A stretch of 11,631 nt of DNA from Salinispira sp. (GTDB lineage: Bacteria; Spirochaetota; Spirochaetia; DSM-27196; Salinispiraceae): contig CBDDDG010000004.1 in the NCBI GenBank assembly GCA_965226555.1, positions 1 through 11,631 of the forward strand. Reading direction: 5' to 3'. The position numbers and the translations under genes are program-made. The notes below the pieces were generated by a model. The model saw only the letters and a list, made by a program, of their open reading frames with translations. It was not told the origin of the DNA and did not search any database. Below are positions 1-7,124 of the stretch, piece by piece. The first letter of the stretch is position 1. Every line of letters begins with the position of its first letter.

Positions 1-128
1 CAGACGGAACAACAATGTGGGTGTCGGACTGGTGGGACTACACAATTTATGCCTACGACATGGACACCCGCGCCCGTCCCTCATGGTGCCGACTAACGCA
101 AGGCGCTGGTACGGGCTGCGCGGACTGA
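1..128 (+). CDS. 3' part of a GIWSDGTTMWV-repeat (beta-propeller-like) protein gene entering from the left edge
   Basis: Frame from base 3 reads DGTTMWVSDWWDYTIYAYDMDTRARPSWCRLTQGAGTGCAD* (TGA 126-128). The first 25 residues are one copy of the repeat in ORF 175-930; residues after base 77 no longer resemble it. Confidence 0.8.
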   Translation, partial: DGTTMWVSDWWDYTIYAYDMDTRARPSWCRLTQGAGTGCAD

Positions 129-149
129 GCTGACCCCGTCATCGTCCTA

Positions 150-192
150 TCCCGCATTTCTCACGAACTGATGTTTGCAGAAAAATGCGGGA
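150..192. repeat. Inverted repeat / hairpin between the two repeat-protein segments
   Basis: TCCCGCATTT (150-159) and AAATGCGGGA (183-192) are a perfect 10-bp inverted repeat. Confidence 0.6.
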
Positions 193-930
193 AACGGATA
201 TACTGCCGCAGGGGATCACCGAGACGACTTCCGCACGCTCTCTGCTGCCGGGAATACTGATCCCCAAGGAATCTGGTCTAATGGAACAACAATGTGGGTA
301 TCGGATAGGATAGATAAAAAAATCTATGCCTACAACATGATTACCAAGGAACGCGATGAGGACAAAGATTTCAACACGCTCAATGATGCTGGGAATAAAA
401 GTCCCAGTGGTATCTGGTCAGATGGAACAACAATGTGGGTAGTAGATAACTTTAGTCAAGAATTCTATGCCTACAACATGAGCGATAAGGAACACGATGC
501 TGACAAAACCTTCAGCTCTGATGCAGCTATCCCCTACGGTATCTGGTCAGACGGAACAACAATGTGGAACTCGCATCACATATTCGATGCCCTCACCCTC
601 AATGCCTACGCGGAGGTTACTGAAAATGGCAAGACAACATGGTCGCGTGCTGCTGATAATGATCTCACGCTTATTAACGAAAATGCCAACCCTATCGGCA
701 TCTGGTCGAATGAGACAACAATGTGGGTGGCAGATTATATAGATGGCAAAGCTTATGCCTACGATCTGAACCCCTACGCCTACAATAGTAGTAAAAATTT
801 TGAAACACTGCGGGGTACTGGAAATAACGCTTTCATCGATCTTTGGTCAGATGGAACAACAATGTGGGTAATGAGTGATAAAGACGACAAAATCTACATC
901 TACGATCTGGCGACTCAGGCACGTCCATGA
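175..930 (+). pseudogene. Beta-propeller-like repeat protein (5 copies of GIWS[DN]xTTMW..D....IYAY), probably a 5'-truncated or interrupted fragment
   Basis: Five repeats with the 'MW' ATG at 292, 433, 562, 721 and 862 (spacings 141, 129, 159, 141 nt). The start is a TTG with no recognisable RBS, and repeat similarity begins only at about 214. The beta-propeller fold is inferred from the 43-53 aa beta-rich repeats. Confidence 0.6.
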
Positions 931-1101
931 CAGAGCAGTCGCGCTGCCGGGAATAAAATCATCAGATTGCGCAATCCTGACGAATGTCTGCTGAAGTAAT
1001 AGCGAAGTAATTGCCGAAACAGCAATAAAACCCTTGTTTTATGCAAAAATTTCCGTTAGTACTTGTATTTTATTGTATTCGCTATTATGCTGGAGGGTAT
1101 C

Positions 1102-2283
1102 ATGAATGAGAATTTTTATTCCCAACTTGAAGCAATTACCAGTTTTAGTAATATTTTCAAACAGAAGTATTATCGCGACCCTCCTATGAACTGGTACGTT
1201 ATTATAACCGATGTCATTAATTCCACCACTGCCATCCAAAATAAAAAGTATAAGGAAGTGAACACCGCGGGGAGCCTGGCTGTTATGGCAATAAGTAACC
1301 TCATTGGCGATATGGAGTTTCCCTTTATCTTCGGCGGTGACGGTATGACCTATCTGCTTCCATCGGAACTCATGGATCAGGTGAGAGAGCTTCTTATCGA
1401 TACCCGAGATCTTGTGAAAAAGGTATTCGATCTTGATCTCCGGCTTGGCATTGTCCCCATTCAGGATGTATACGACAGAGGCAGCCACATACAGCTTGCC
1501 CGTTTTAAAGTATCGCCTCAGTATGTTCAGGCCATTATCAGCGGCCCCGGCATCGATCTTGCTGAAGAGCTCGTTAAGGATCCTGCTCCCGATAATCCCT
1601 ATATCATTCCCTTAGATGCCGAACCCAAGGGTATTGCCGATTTTTCAGGCTTTACCTGCCGGTGGAAGGCTATTCCAAGTATATACGGCGAAACTATCTC
1701 CCTCATTATTAAATCGCGTGAAAAAACCATGGCTGCCACCGAGAAATTCATGGCGGTGCTCATTGAAAGCATTGAAAAAATCTTTGGTACTCAGGAACGG
1801 TATCATCCGCTCCGAGTTGAGAATCAATCTATGAGCGAGTCTGAAATTACCGGCGAAGCCCGTGTTTTCAGCGGCGAAACTTCCGGCTTTCTCTATGCTG
1901 TGCGAATGCTGCTTATTCGCATGGAAATTGTCATAATGAAAATTGTTGAGAAATTCCGTATTCCCATACGGAGGGGAAAAAAATATTTCAGAGATGTAAA
2001 AAAAGATAACATTATTAATTCAGATTTTCGAAAGTACGATGGCACCCTGAAAATGGTTGTTTCCTGCACAACCGAACAGCGCGAACGCTTTGAACGCCTT
2101 CTCAATGTCCTCTATCAAAAAGGAAAAATTTTCTACGGCGTGCATGTGAGCGATCGGGCGCTCATGACCTGTATGATAAACTTCGGTTCCGATGAGGAAG
2201 TGCATTTTGTCGATGCTGCCGATGGCGGCTACGCAACCGCCTCTATTCAACTCAAGCAGCAGATTAAACAACTCGCGCATTAA
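1102..2283 (+). CDS. DUF3095-family protein (nucleotide-cyclase-like motifs, function unknown)
   Basis: Motifs WYVIITDVINST, YKEVNTAG, PFIFGGDG, FSGFTCRW, SDFRKYDGTLKMV and HFVDAADGGY match DUF3095 as I recall it. Start moved to ATG 1102 (in frame with the listed ORF) because GGAGG lies at 1092-1096. Confidence 0.85.
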   Translation: MNENFYSQLEAITSFSNIFKQKYYRDPPMNWYVIITDVINSTTAIQNKKYKEVNTAGSLAVMAISNLIGDMEFPFIFGGDGMTYLLPSELMDQVRELLIDTRDLVKKVFDLDLRLGIVPIQDVYDRGSHIQLARFKVSPQYVQAIISGPGIDLAEELVKDPAPDNPYIIPLDAEPKGIADFSGFTCRWKAIPSIYGETISLIIKSREKTMAATEKFMAVLIESIEKIFGTQERYHPLRVENQSMSESEITGEARVFSGETSGFLYAVRMLLIRMEIVIMKIVEKFRIPIRRGKKYFRDVKKDNIINSDFRKYDGTLKMVVSCTTEQRERFERLLNVLYQKGKIFYGVHVSDRALMTCMINFGSDEEVHFVDAADGGYATASIQLKQQIKQLAH

Positions 2284-2304
2284 GCGCATTACCCATTGTG
2301 CGAC

Positions 2305-2334
2305 TTGCGAAAATTTTGATTACGGTAGTATAGT
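2305..2334 (+). promoter_or_regulatory. Putative sigma70-type promoter for the 2379-3920 unit
   Basis: TTGCGA (2305-2310), 18-nt spacer, TATAGT (2329-2334) in the intergenic gap; RBS AAGGAG at 2367-2372. Confidence 0.45.
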
Positions 2335-2378
2335 AGAAGTACCTTTCGAGTACACCACACTGCGCCAAGGAGAGTCCG

Positions 2379-3683
2379 GTGACTACGGAAATTGCAATTT
2401 TGAATCAGACGGCTGTCGCTCTTGCAGCCGACAGCGCGGTCACAATTGGCGGAACCGATGCGCCGAAAATTTATCCATCTGCAAATAAACTGTTCATGCT
2501 CTCAAAGTATCATCCCGTTGGTATTATGATATACAGCAACGCATATTTTATGGGAGTATACTGGGAAACAATAATAAAAATATATAGAGAAGAGCTCGGT
2601 ACCAAGCATTTTGATCATCTGGCTGAATATGGAAACGATTTTTTGCGTTTCATAGAAACAAATCGTGACATATTTCCCGAATCGCAACAATATACATATA
2701 ACCTGACTGCTATCGGGACGCTCTATTCAAAAATCCTGAATGATTCCATGAAACGCTATTTTTCTGATTCTGAGGGCATACAAAATACGAATGAACAGGA
2801 ACCACAGGAGATTCTGGATAGAATTATTGATAATACTTTATCCACATTCAAGAATTTATCAATAATGAAATTACGTAGTGGTAAGTCACTCCCACATAAG
2901 GATAGAGAACGCATTGAAAGAATCCTTCAGAAGGATATAGAGAATATCAAAAATAAAATATTTACCGGACTGCCGCTCTCACCAAGCGGATCGAAAAAGC
3001 TAACAGATATTGCTACATTGTCATTAACTCGGTATTATTCAGGGAGTCCGAATACGGGAATAGTAATTTCCGGGTATGGAGAAAAAGATATTTTTCCTGC
3101 TCTCGTTTCATATACCTTAGAAAGTATTATTGGCAACAAACTGAAGTATCAGAAGGCGACATCCGCGAGCATTGACTTTGATCAGCGGGCAGCAATTAGG
3201 CCCTTTGCGCAATCGGATATGATCAGAACATTTATTGAGGGAATTGCTCCCGATTTTGAAAATGCGTTGAGAGAAGAACTTGTTTCATTCTACAGGCAAA
3301 TTTCCGATACTGTTGCGAATACTACTCCAGCACAAAATACTGCGCCCAACGAAGGAGACGACTTGAACAGAAAGGTTAAAAAAATATATACGTTTATCGA
3401 TTCGCAAATTAAACACATAAAGCACAAAGTATTTATAAACCCATTAATGGATATTGTTGTCTCGTTACCGAAGCTGGAACTTGCCGCTATGGCAGAAACC
3501 TTAGTAAATTTAACATCATTCAAGGGTAAGTTGTCGGAAGGAGCGGAGACAGTTGGCGGTCCCGTTGATGTAGCGCTCATTTCAAAGGGCGATGGGTTTA
3601 TCTGGATTCGGAGAAAACACTATTTCGATAAGGAGTATAATACTCATTTTCTCAATAATTATTTCAGGAAGGGAGTTTTATAA
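2379..3683 (+). CDS. Uncharacterised Ntn-hydrolase-like protein with proteasome beta-subunit/HslV hallmarks and large insertions
   Basis: GTG start 6 nt after AAGGAG. After Met removal: T1-TEIAILNQTAVALAA-D17-SAVT...NK36LF. C-terminal ETVGGPVDVALISKGDG resembles the SGG-x-IDVAVIT motif of proteasome beta subunits. Confidence 0.7.
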   Translation: MTTEIAILNQTAVALAADSAVTIGGTDAPKIYPSANKLFMLSKYHPVGIMIYSNAYFMGVYWETIIKIYREELGTKHFDHLAEYGNDFLRFIETNRDIFPESQQYTYNLTAIGTLYSKILNDSMKRYFSDSEGIQNTNEQEPQEILDRIIDNTLSTFKNLSIMKLRSGKSLPHKDRERIERILQKDIENIKNKIFTGLPLSPSGSKKLTDIATLSLTRYYSGSPNTGIVISGYGEKDIFPALVSYTLESIIGNKLKYQKATSASIDFDQRAAIRPFAQSDMIRTFIEGIAPDFENALREELVSFYRQISDTVANTTPAQNTAPNEGDDLNRKVKKIYTFIDSQIKHIKHKVFINPLMDIVVSLPKLELAAMAETLVNLTSFKGKLSEGAETVGGPVDVALISKGDGFIWIRRKHYFDKEYNTHFLNNYFRKGVL

Positions 3684-3713
3684 CTCACGATTAACTTTTT
3701 ATGGGAGGTTACA

Positions 3714-3920
3714 ATGGAACCAAATAAAAATTTTGAATTTATTGACAGCTCAATACCATCGGATAATGATTTCCTCAACGATGAAGCGTATCGGGAAATT
3801 CGGGAATATTTAAGAAAAAGGACCACGGAGTTTGTTAAGGAAATGTTCGGGATGATTCGCGGGACATCAGATGAACCACAATCAATTAACGAGAACGATT
3901 CTGAGAACTCCGCCCCCTGA
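3714..3920 (+). CDS. Small acidic hypothetical protein (68 aa)
   Basis: ATG 5 nt after GGAGG (3704-3708), 30 nt downstream of the previous stop, same strand, filling an otherwise empty gap. Helical-looking core with D/E/S/N-rich ends. Confidence 0.7.
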   Translation: MEPNKNFEFIDSSIPSDNDFLNDEAYREIREYLRKRTTEFVKEMFGMIRGTSDEPQSINENDSENSAP

Positions 3921-3972
3921 GCGCCAATATTGCCATGCCCGCGCGCCCGCGCAGAAGAATGTGTCATGAGCG

Positions 3973-4791
3973 TTACCGGCTCTGGCGAAAATGAGATACT
4001 GCCATACTTACGCAGAAGAATGAAATGAGGGTAAGCACAATAACCGGCCCGGAAGTCAGATCGGTATAATAGGAAATATAAAAGCCGATTATTGTTGCCG
4101 TAAGGGCAAACACAAAAGACAGCGCTATTGTCGTTTCAAGCTTTCGGGTCAACAACGAGGCGCTTGCCGCAGGAGTAACCAGCAAAGCAACAACGAGCAC
4201 AACACCCACTGCCTGCACAGCAACAACCGTTGTAAGCGCCAGCAGAACGAGAAGCAGATACCGTATGAAACCCGGTGAAAGACCAATTGCGGAAGCATGC
4301 GCCGGATCGAAGGACGCGGTGAGAAGCTCCTTAAAACCCAATTTCAGAACTATCAGAATAATTGCTGTTACAATTGCCAGCAGAACGAGGTCATCATTAC
4401 TCACACCGAGAATGTTGCCGAAGAGAATATGGCTCAGGTCCTGTAAACCGCTCAACGTGCTCAGCAGGAGTATCCCCAGGGCAAAAAATCCCGCAAAAAT
4501 AATACCAATTGCGCTGTCTTCCCGGAGGTTGCTCTTGTTTTTTATGGCTCCAATGCCGAGTACGCTGAAAATAGAGGCAATGAGGGCGCCGAATATAAGC
4601 CCAATTCCGCTTGCCTGAGCCAGAACGATTCCCGGAAGCATGGTATGCGCCAGAGCATCGCCAATGAAGGCCCAGCCGCGCCAGACAACAAAGCAGCTGA
4701 GGGCGGCGCAGGCTATTGCGGCAAGGAGCCCTGCGCCCAGCCCGCGCAGCATGAAGTCGTAGCGAAGGGGGGCGGTAAGCAATTCAAACAC
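3973..4791 (-). CDS. Metal (Mn/Zn/Fe) ABC transporter permease, ABC-3 family (MntB/ZnuB/TroCD-like)
   Basis: Hydrophobic protein with GDALAH..LPG, D.AIGIIFAGFFALG, L.HILFGNILGV, SFDP..A...G and VGVVLVVALLVTPA motifs. Likely start is GTG at 4791 (AAGGA 8 nt upstream), overlapping the ATPase stop. Confidence 0.93.
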   Translation of the reverse strand: MFELLTAPLRYDFMLRGLGAGLLAAIACAALSCFVVWRGWAFIGDALAHTMLPGIVLAQASGIGLIFGALIASIFSVLGIGAIKNKSNLREDSAIGIIFAGFFALGILLLSTLSGLQDLSHILFGNILGVSNDDLVLLAIVTAIILIVLKLGFKELLTASFDPAHASAIGLSPGFIRYLLLVLLALTTVVAVQAVGVVLVVALLVTPAASASLLTRKLETTIALSFVFALTATIIGFYISYYTDLTSGPVIVLTLISFFCVSMAVSHFRQSR

Positions 4792-5581
4792 GATGATAAT
4801 CCTTGTGGAATTCAAAGCCGTAGGCGCGGGCGATGGTTTCGGGAGTCATAACCGTTTTTACCGGCCCATCGGCAATTATTTTCTTATCCAGAAAGAGCGC
4901 GCGATTAAAATGAACAGTGAGAATACCAAGATCGTGGGTGCTGACGATTGAGGTTTTCCCCTTCCGAGAGAGGTCTTCAAGTGTGTGAAAAATAAGTTCC
5001 TGGCTTCGTATATCAACATGATTCAGAGGTTCATCCAGGAGAAAGAGGTCGGAATCCTGAGCGAGCATGCGGGCGAGCATGACCCGCTGCTGCTGTCCGC
5101 CCGAAAGCTCTCCGATCTGGCGGTCTGCCAGATTCCGTATATCCATAGTTTCCATTGCCGTATCGACAATTTCCTCATCCTTTTTCTGAAGATGATGCAG
5201 CCAGCCAAGATGAGGATAGCGTCCCATGTTCACAATTTGCCGTACATTCAGAGGGAAATTCCAGTCGATCTTTGATCGTTGCGGTATAACGGCAACTCGG
5301 TGGTGGCAGCGCTGCACGGGATGTCCGTAGATGAGTATACTTCCGTTTCGGAATGAGAGTTCTCCCATAATAATTTTAAGCAGGGTCGATTTTCCTGCTC
5401 CGTTCGGGCCTGCAAGAGCTACGCGCTCGCCCGGTTCCACACGTATATTGAGGTCCTGCAACACACATTCCGTATCTCGGGGATACGCAAAGCTGAGTCC
5501 GCTAATGTCAAGTGCGGCAGCGCCCGGCTTAACAGAAAAATTGCATTTCCCCCCATACCTGAGTGTGTTGGTAACATTCAT
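4784..5581 (-). CDS. Metal ABC transporter ATP-binding subunit (MntA/ZnuC/TroB-like)
   Basis: Walker A GPNGAGKST, PQRSKIDWNFP, signature LSGGQQQR, Walker B LLDEP, H-loop STHDL. RBS GGAGG at 5586-5590 on the minus strand. Confidence 0.95.
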   Translation of the reverse strand: MNVTNTLRYGGKCNFSVKPGAAALDISGLSFAYPRDTECVLQDLNIRVEPGERVALAGPNGAGKSTLLKIIMGELSFRNGSILIYGHPVQRCHHRVAVIPQRSKIDWNFPLNVRQIVNMGRYPHLGWLHHLQKKDEEIVDTAMETMDIRNLADRQIGELSGGQQQRVMLARMLAQDSDLFLLDEPLNHVDIRSQELIFHTLEDLSRKGKTSIVSTHDLGILTVHFNRALFLDKKIIADGPVKTVMTPETIARAYGFEFHKDYHRV

Positions 5582-5650
5582 GAGACCTCCATGCCTTCAT
5601 ATCAGTGAGTTTTCTACAGGATATAACATTTTATAGAAAGTTTTGCTACT

Positions 5651-5675
5651 GAAAATTGTGCTCTGCACAATTTTC
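5651..5675. promoter_or_regulatory. Second 25-bp palindrome upstream of the ABC ATPase
   Basis: GAAAATTGTGC-TCT-GCACAATTTTC, perfect 11-bp arms. Confidence 0.5.
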
Positions 5676-5721
5676 CAATGAGGGTTCTCTCATCTATATT
5701 CTTGATTCTCTCAAAGTATAG

Positions 5722-5746
5722 AAAGTTTTGCCTCAGGCAAAACTTT
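5722..5746. promoter_or_regulatory. 25-bp palindrome, candidate MntR/DtxR-family operator
   Basis: AAAGTTTTGCCT-C-AGGCAAAACTTT has perfect 12-bp arms, lies upstream of a metal ABC transporter, and its core resembles the B. subtilis MntR box (TTTGCCTTAAGGAAA). Confidence 0.55.
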
Positions 5747-5837
5747 ATCAATGCAAAACTTTCTATAAAATAGGAGAATGCTAAGCACAAAGAAAGCATT
5801 CCAGATCGGAAAGTTTTGCATTGTTTTCTTCAGGCGC

Positions 5838-5852
5838 GCAAACTTTTAATTA
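5838..5852 (+). repeat. Left target-site duplication (15 bp)
   Basis: GCAAACTTTTAATTA directly abuts the left terminal repeat and is identical to 7106-7120. Confidence 0.92.
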
Positions 5853-7105
5853 TGGGATATTAAGGTTTGAACAGACCCCCACTTTGACCTATTATGCGAT
5901 CATTTCTTCCGAGTGCCAAGCCCTCCATCGCTCAAGCGTCGGTCGTGTGAGCCGTTGCTCCATTATGATCGGCTTGAGCCGGAGAATATCACTATCCACA
6001 TTGGTATTCCGCTGCCTCAAAAGATCCAGCGGAGTCCCTTTGCGGTAGGTGTTGAACCGCCGGTAATTGAAATCTATCTGATACTCCTCGGCTTCCTTAA
6101 GAAACTCATTGAGCTTTGGATTCATCACCTGACTGTAGAACTCATCCTCAATGAGCCGGTGCGAGGACTCGACAGAACTGTTCCATGTGCACTGCCCGGG
6201 CGGAATACGCCGATACTCGACACCCGCCTGTATGAGCGCCTGCTCAAACCCCGATGTTCGGGTTTTGCTCAGATGTCGAACGGTGAACTTCGCCCCGTTA
6301 TCGGTCTGAACCGTTATGTCCTTGGCAAGGTCTCCGTCATGATTCCGCAGGTGCTCCAGCAGGTACTCGGCGAACAAGGTTGTTACCATACTGCTCTTCT
6401 CATTGGCAAAGGCGTACCACAGAGCCCCTGTCGCCCGATCCCGGGCAGTTATCTGGTACTTCGGAACGTCTAAACACTTCTGAGAAAACCGCATAGCGGG
6501 AATGTCCGTCAGATACTTGATATCAATCTGAATGCACTCGCCAAACTTCATCCTGTCGGTTACCTCCCGCAAATCTCTCTTGGGTAGCGCCTTCGGCTTC
6601 TTCGCTTTCCGCGCCCCTATCTGCTTTAGCGTCTTGATAATTGTCGGCAGGCTGTACTTCCCGCCAACTTCCGTCTGCAACTGCTTTTGCACCTGAGTTC
6701 CAATGATTTTGTTGTGATTCTGCACCTTGGTCTGGACAAGACTCTCGAGATGACACCAGTGCCCGAATTTCATCTTCATCGGATGATTGGTCGTGCCCCG
6801 CTTTTTGTCTTCAAGACCCTCGCCGGATTCAAAGCGCCGAACCCACCTCCGCACCGTGTTGCGCGACACCTCGAACTCCCGAGCAGCCGCCTTGATCGAA
6901 TGCTCCTGGGCATACCGAACCATCCGCAACCGCCAATCATACATCGAAGCCGCCTGATACTTCCGAGACTTGAGATGATACTGAGAATATGTGATACTAC
7001 TGTTCACTGTTTCCCTCCTTTTATGTTTTATACAACCCCCAGTGTATACGAATAACCTTCGTTTTACACTGGGGAGGAGGGGTCAGCTCAAAGGTTTATA
7101 TCCCA
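5853..7105 (-). mobile_element. Complete insertion sequence, IS481/IS1202-like, 1253 bp
   Basis: Imperfect 27-bp terminal inverted repeats: TGGGATATTAAGGTTTGAACAGACCCC (5853-5879) versus reverse complement of 7079-7105, TGGGATATAAACCTTTGAGCTGACCCC. Flanked by identical GCAAACTTTTAATTA; contains one DDE transposase. Confidence 0.92.
5892..7007 (-). CDS. DDE transposase (N-terminal HTH plus rve/integrase core), IS481-like
   Basis: HTH SIKAAAREFEVSRNTVRRWVRRF; catalytic-type motifs IQIDIKY, VQTDNG and NSSVESSHRLIEDEF; late FNYRR. GTG start with AAGGAGG at 7014-7020 on the minus strand. Confidence 0.92.
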   Translation of the reverse strand: MNSSITYSQYHLKSRKYQAASMYDWRLRMVRYAQEHSIKAAAREFEVSRNTVRRWVRRFESGEGLEDKKRGTTNHPMKMKFGHWCHLESLVQTKVQNHNKIIGTQVQKQLQTEVGGKYSLPTIIKTLKQIGARKAKKPKALPKRDLREVTDRMKFGECIQIDIKYLTDIPAMRFSQKCLDVPKYQITARDRATGALWYAFANEKSSMVTTLFAEYLLEHLRNHDGDLAKDITVQTDNGAKFTVRHLSKTRTSGFEQALIQAGVEYRRIPPGQCTWNSSVESSHRLIEDEFYSQVMNPKLNEFLKEAEEYQIDFNYRRFNTYRKGTPLDLLRQRNTNVDSDILRLKPIIMEQRLTRPTLERWRAWHSEEMIA

Positions 7106-7120
7106 GCAAACTTTTAATTA
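7106..7120 (+). repeat. Right target-site duplication (15 bp)
   Basis: GCAAACTTTTAATTA directly abuts the right terminal repeat. Confidence 0.92.
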
Positions 7121-7124
7121 GTAC

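Noticed and set aside
126..137. TGAGCTGACCCC matches the reverse complement of the IS right end (7079-7090)
   Set aside because: A single 12-nt match is expected by chance in a window this size, and the terminal TGGGATAT is absent.
1..870. Recurrent ~28-nt DNA repeat TGGTCAGATGGAACAACAATGTGGGT suggesting a CRISPR array
   Set aside because: Spacings within the ORF are 129-159 nt and multiples of 3, the intervening DNA is itself homologous, and no cas genes are present: these are protein repeats.
962..1011. 12-bp palindrome GATTGCGCAATC (965-976) and GAAGTAAT direct repeats (993, 1004)
   Set aside because: Too short to assign; no loop or U-tract for a terminator and no regulator match I can support.
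3659..3967. 102-aa minus-strand ORF following the permease
   Set aside because: Antisense to the better-supported 68-aa ORF and overlapping the hydrolase 3' end; no motif.
5778..5849. 23-codon plus-strand ORF after AGGAG in the repeat array
   Set aside because: The RBS is only 1 nt from the ATG and there is no other coding support.
5913..6473. 186-aa plus-strand ORF inside the IS
   Set aside because: Antisense to the transposase, with no RBS or motif support.
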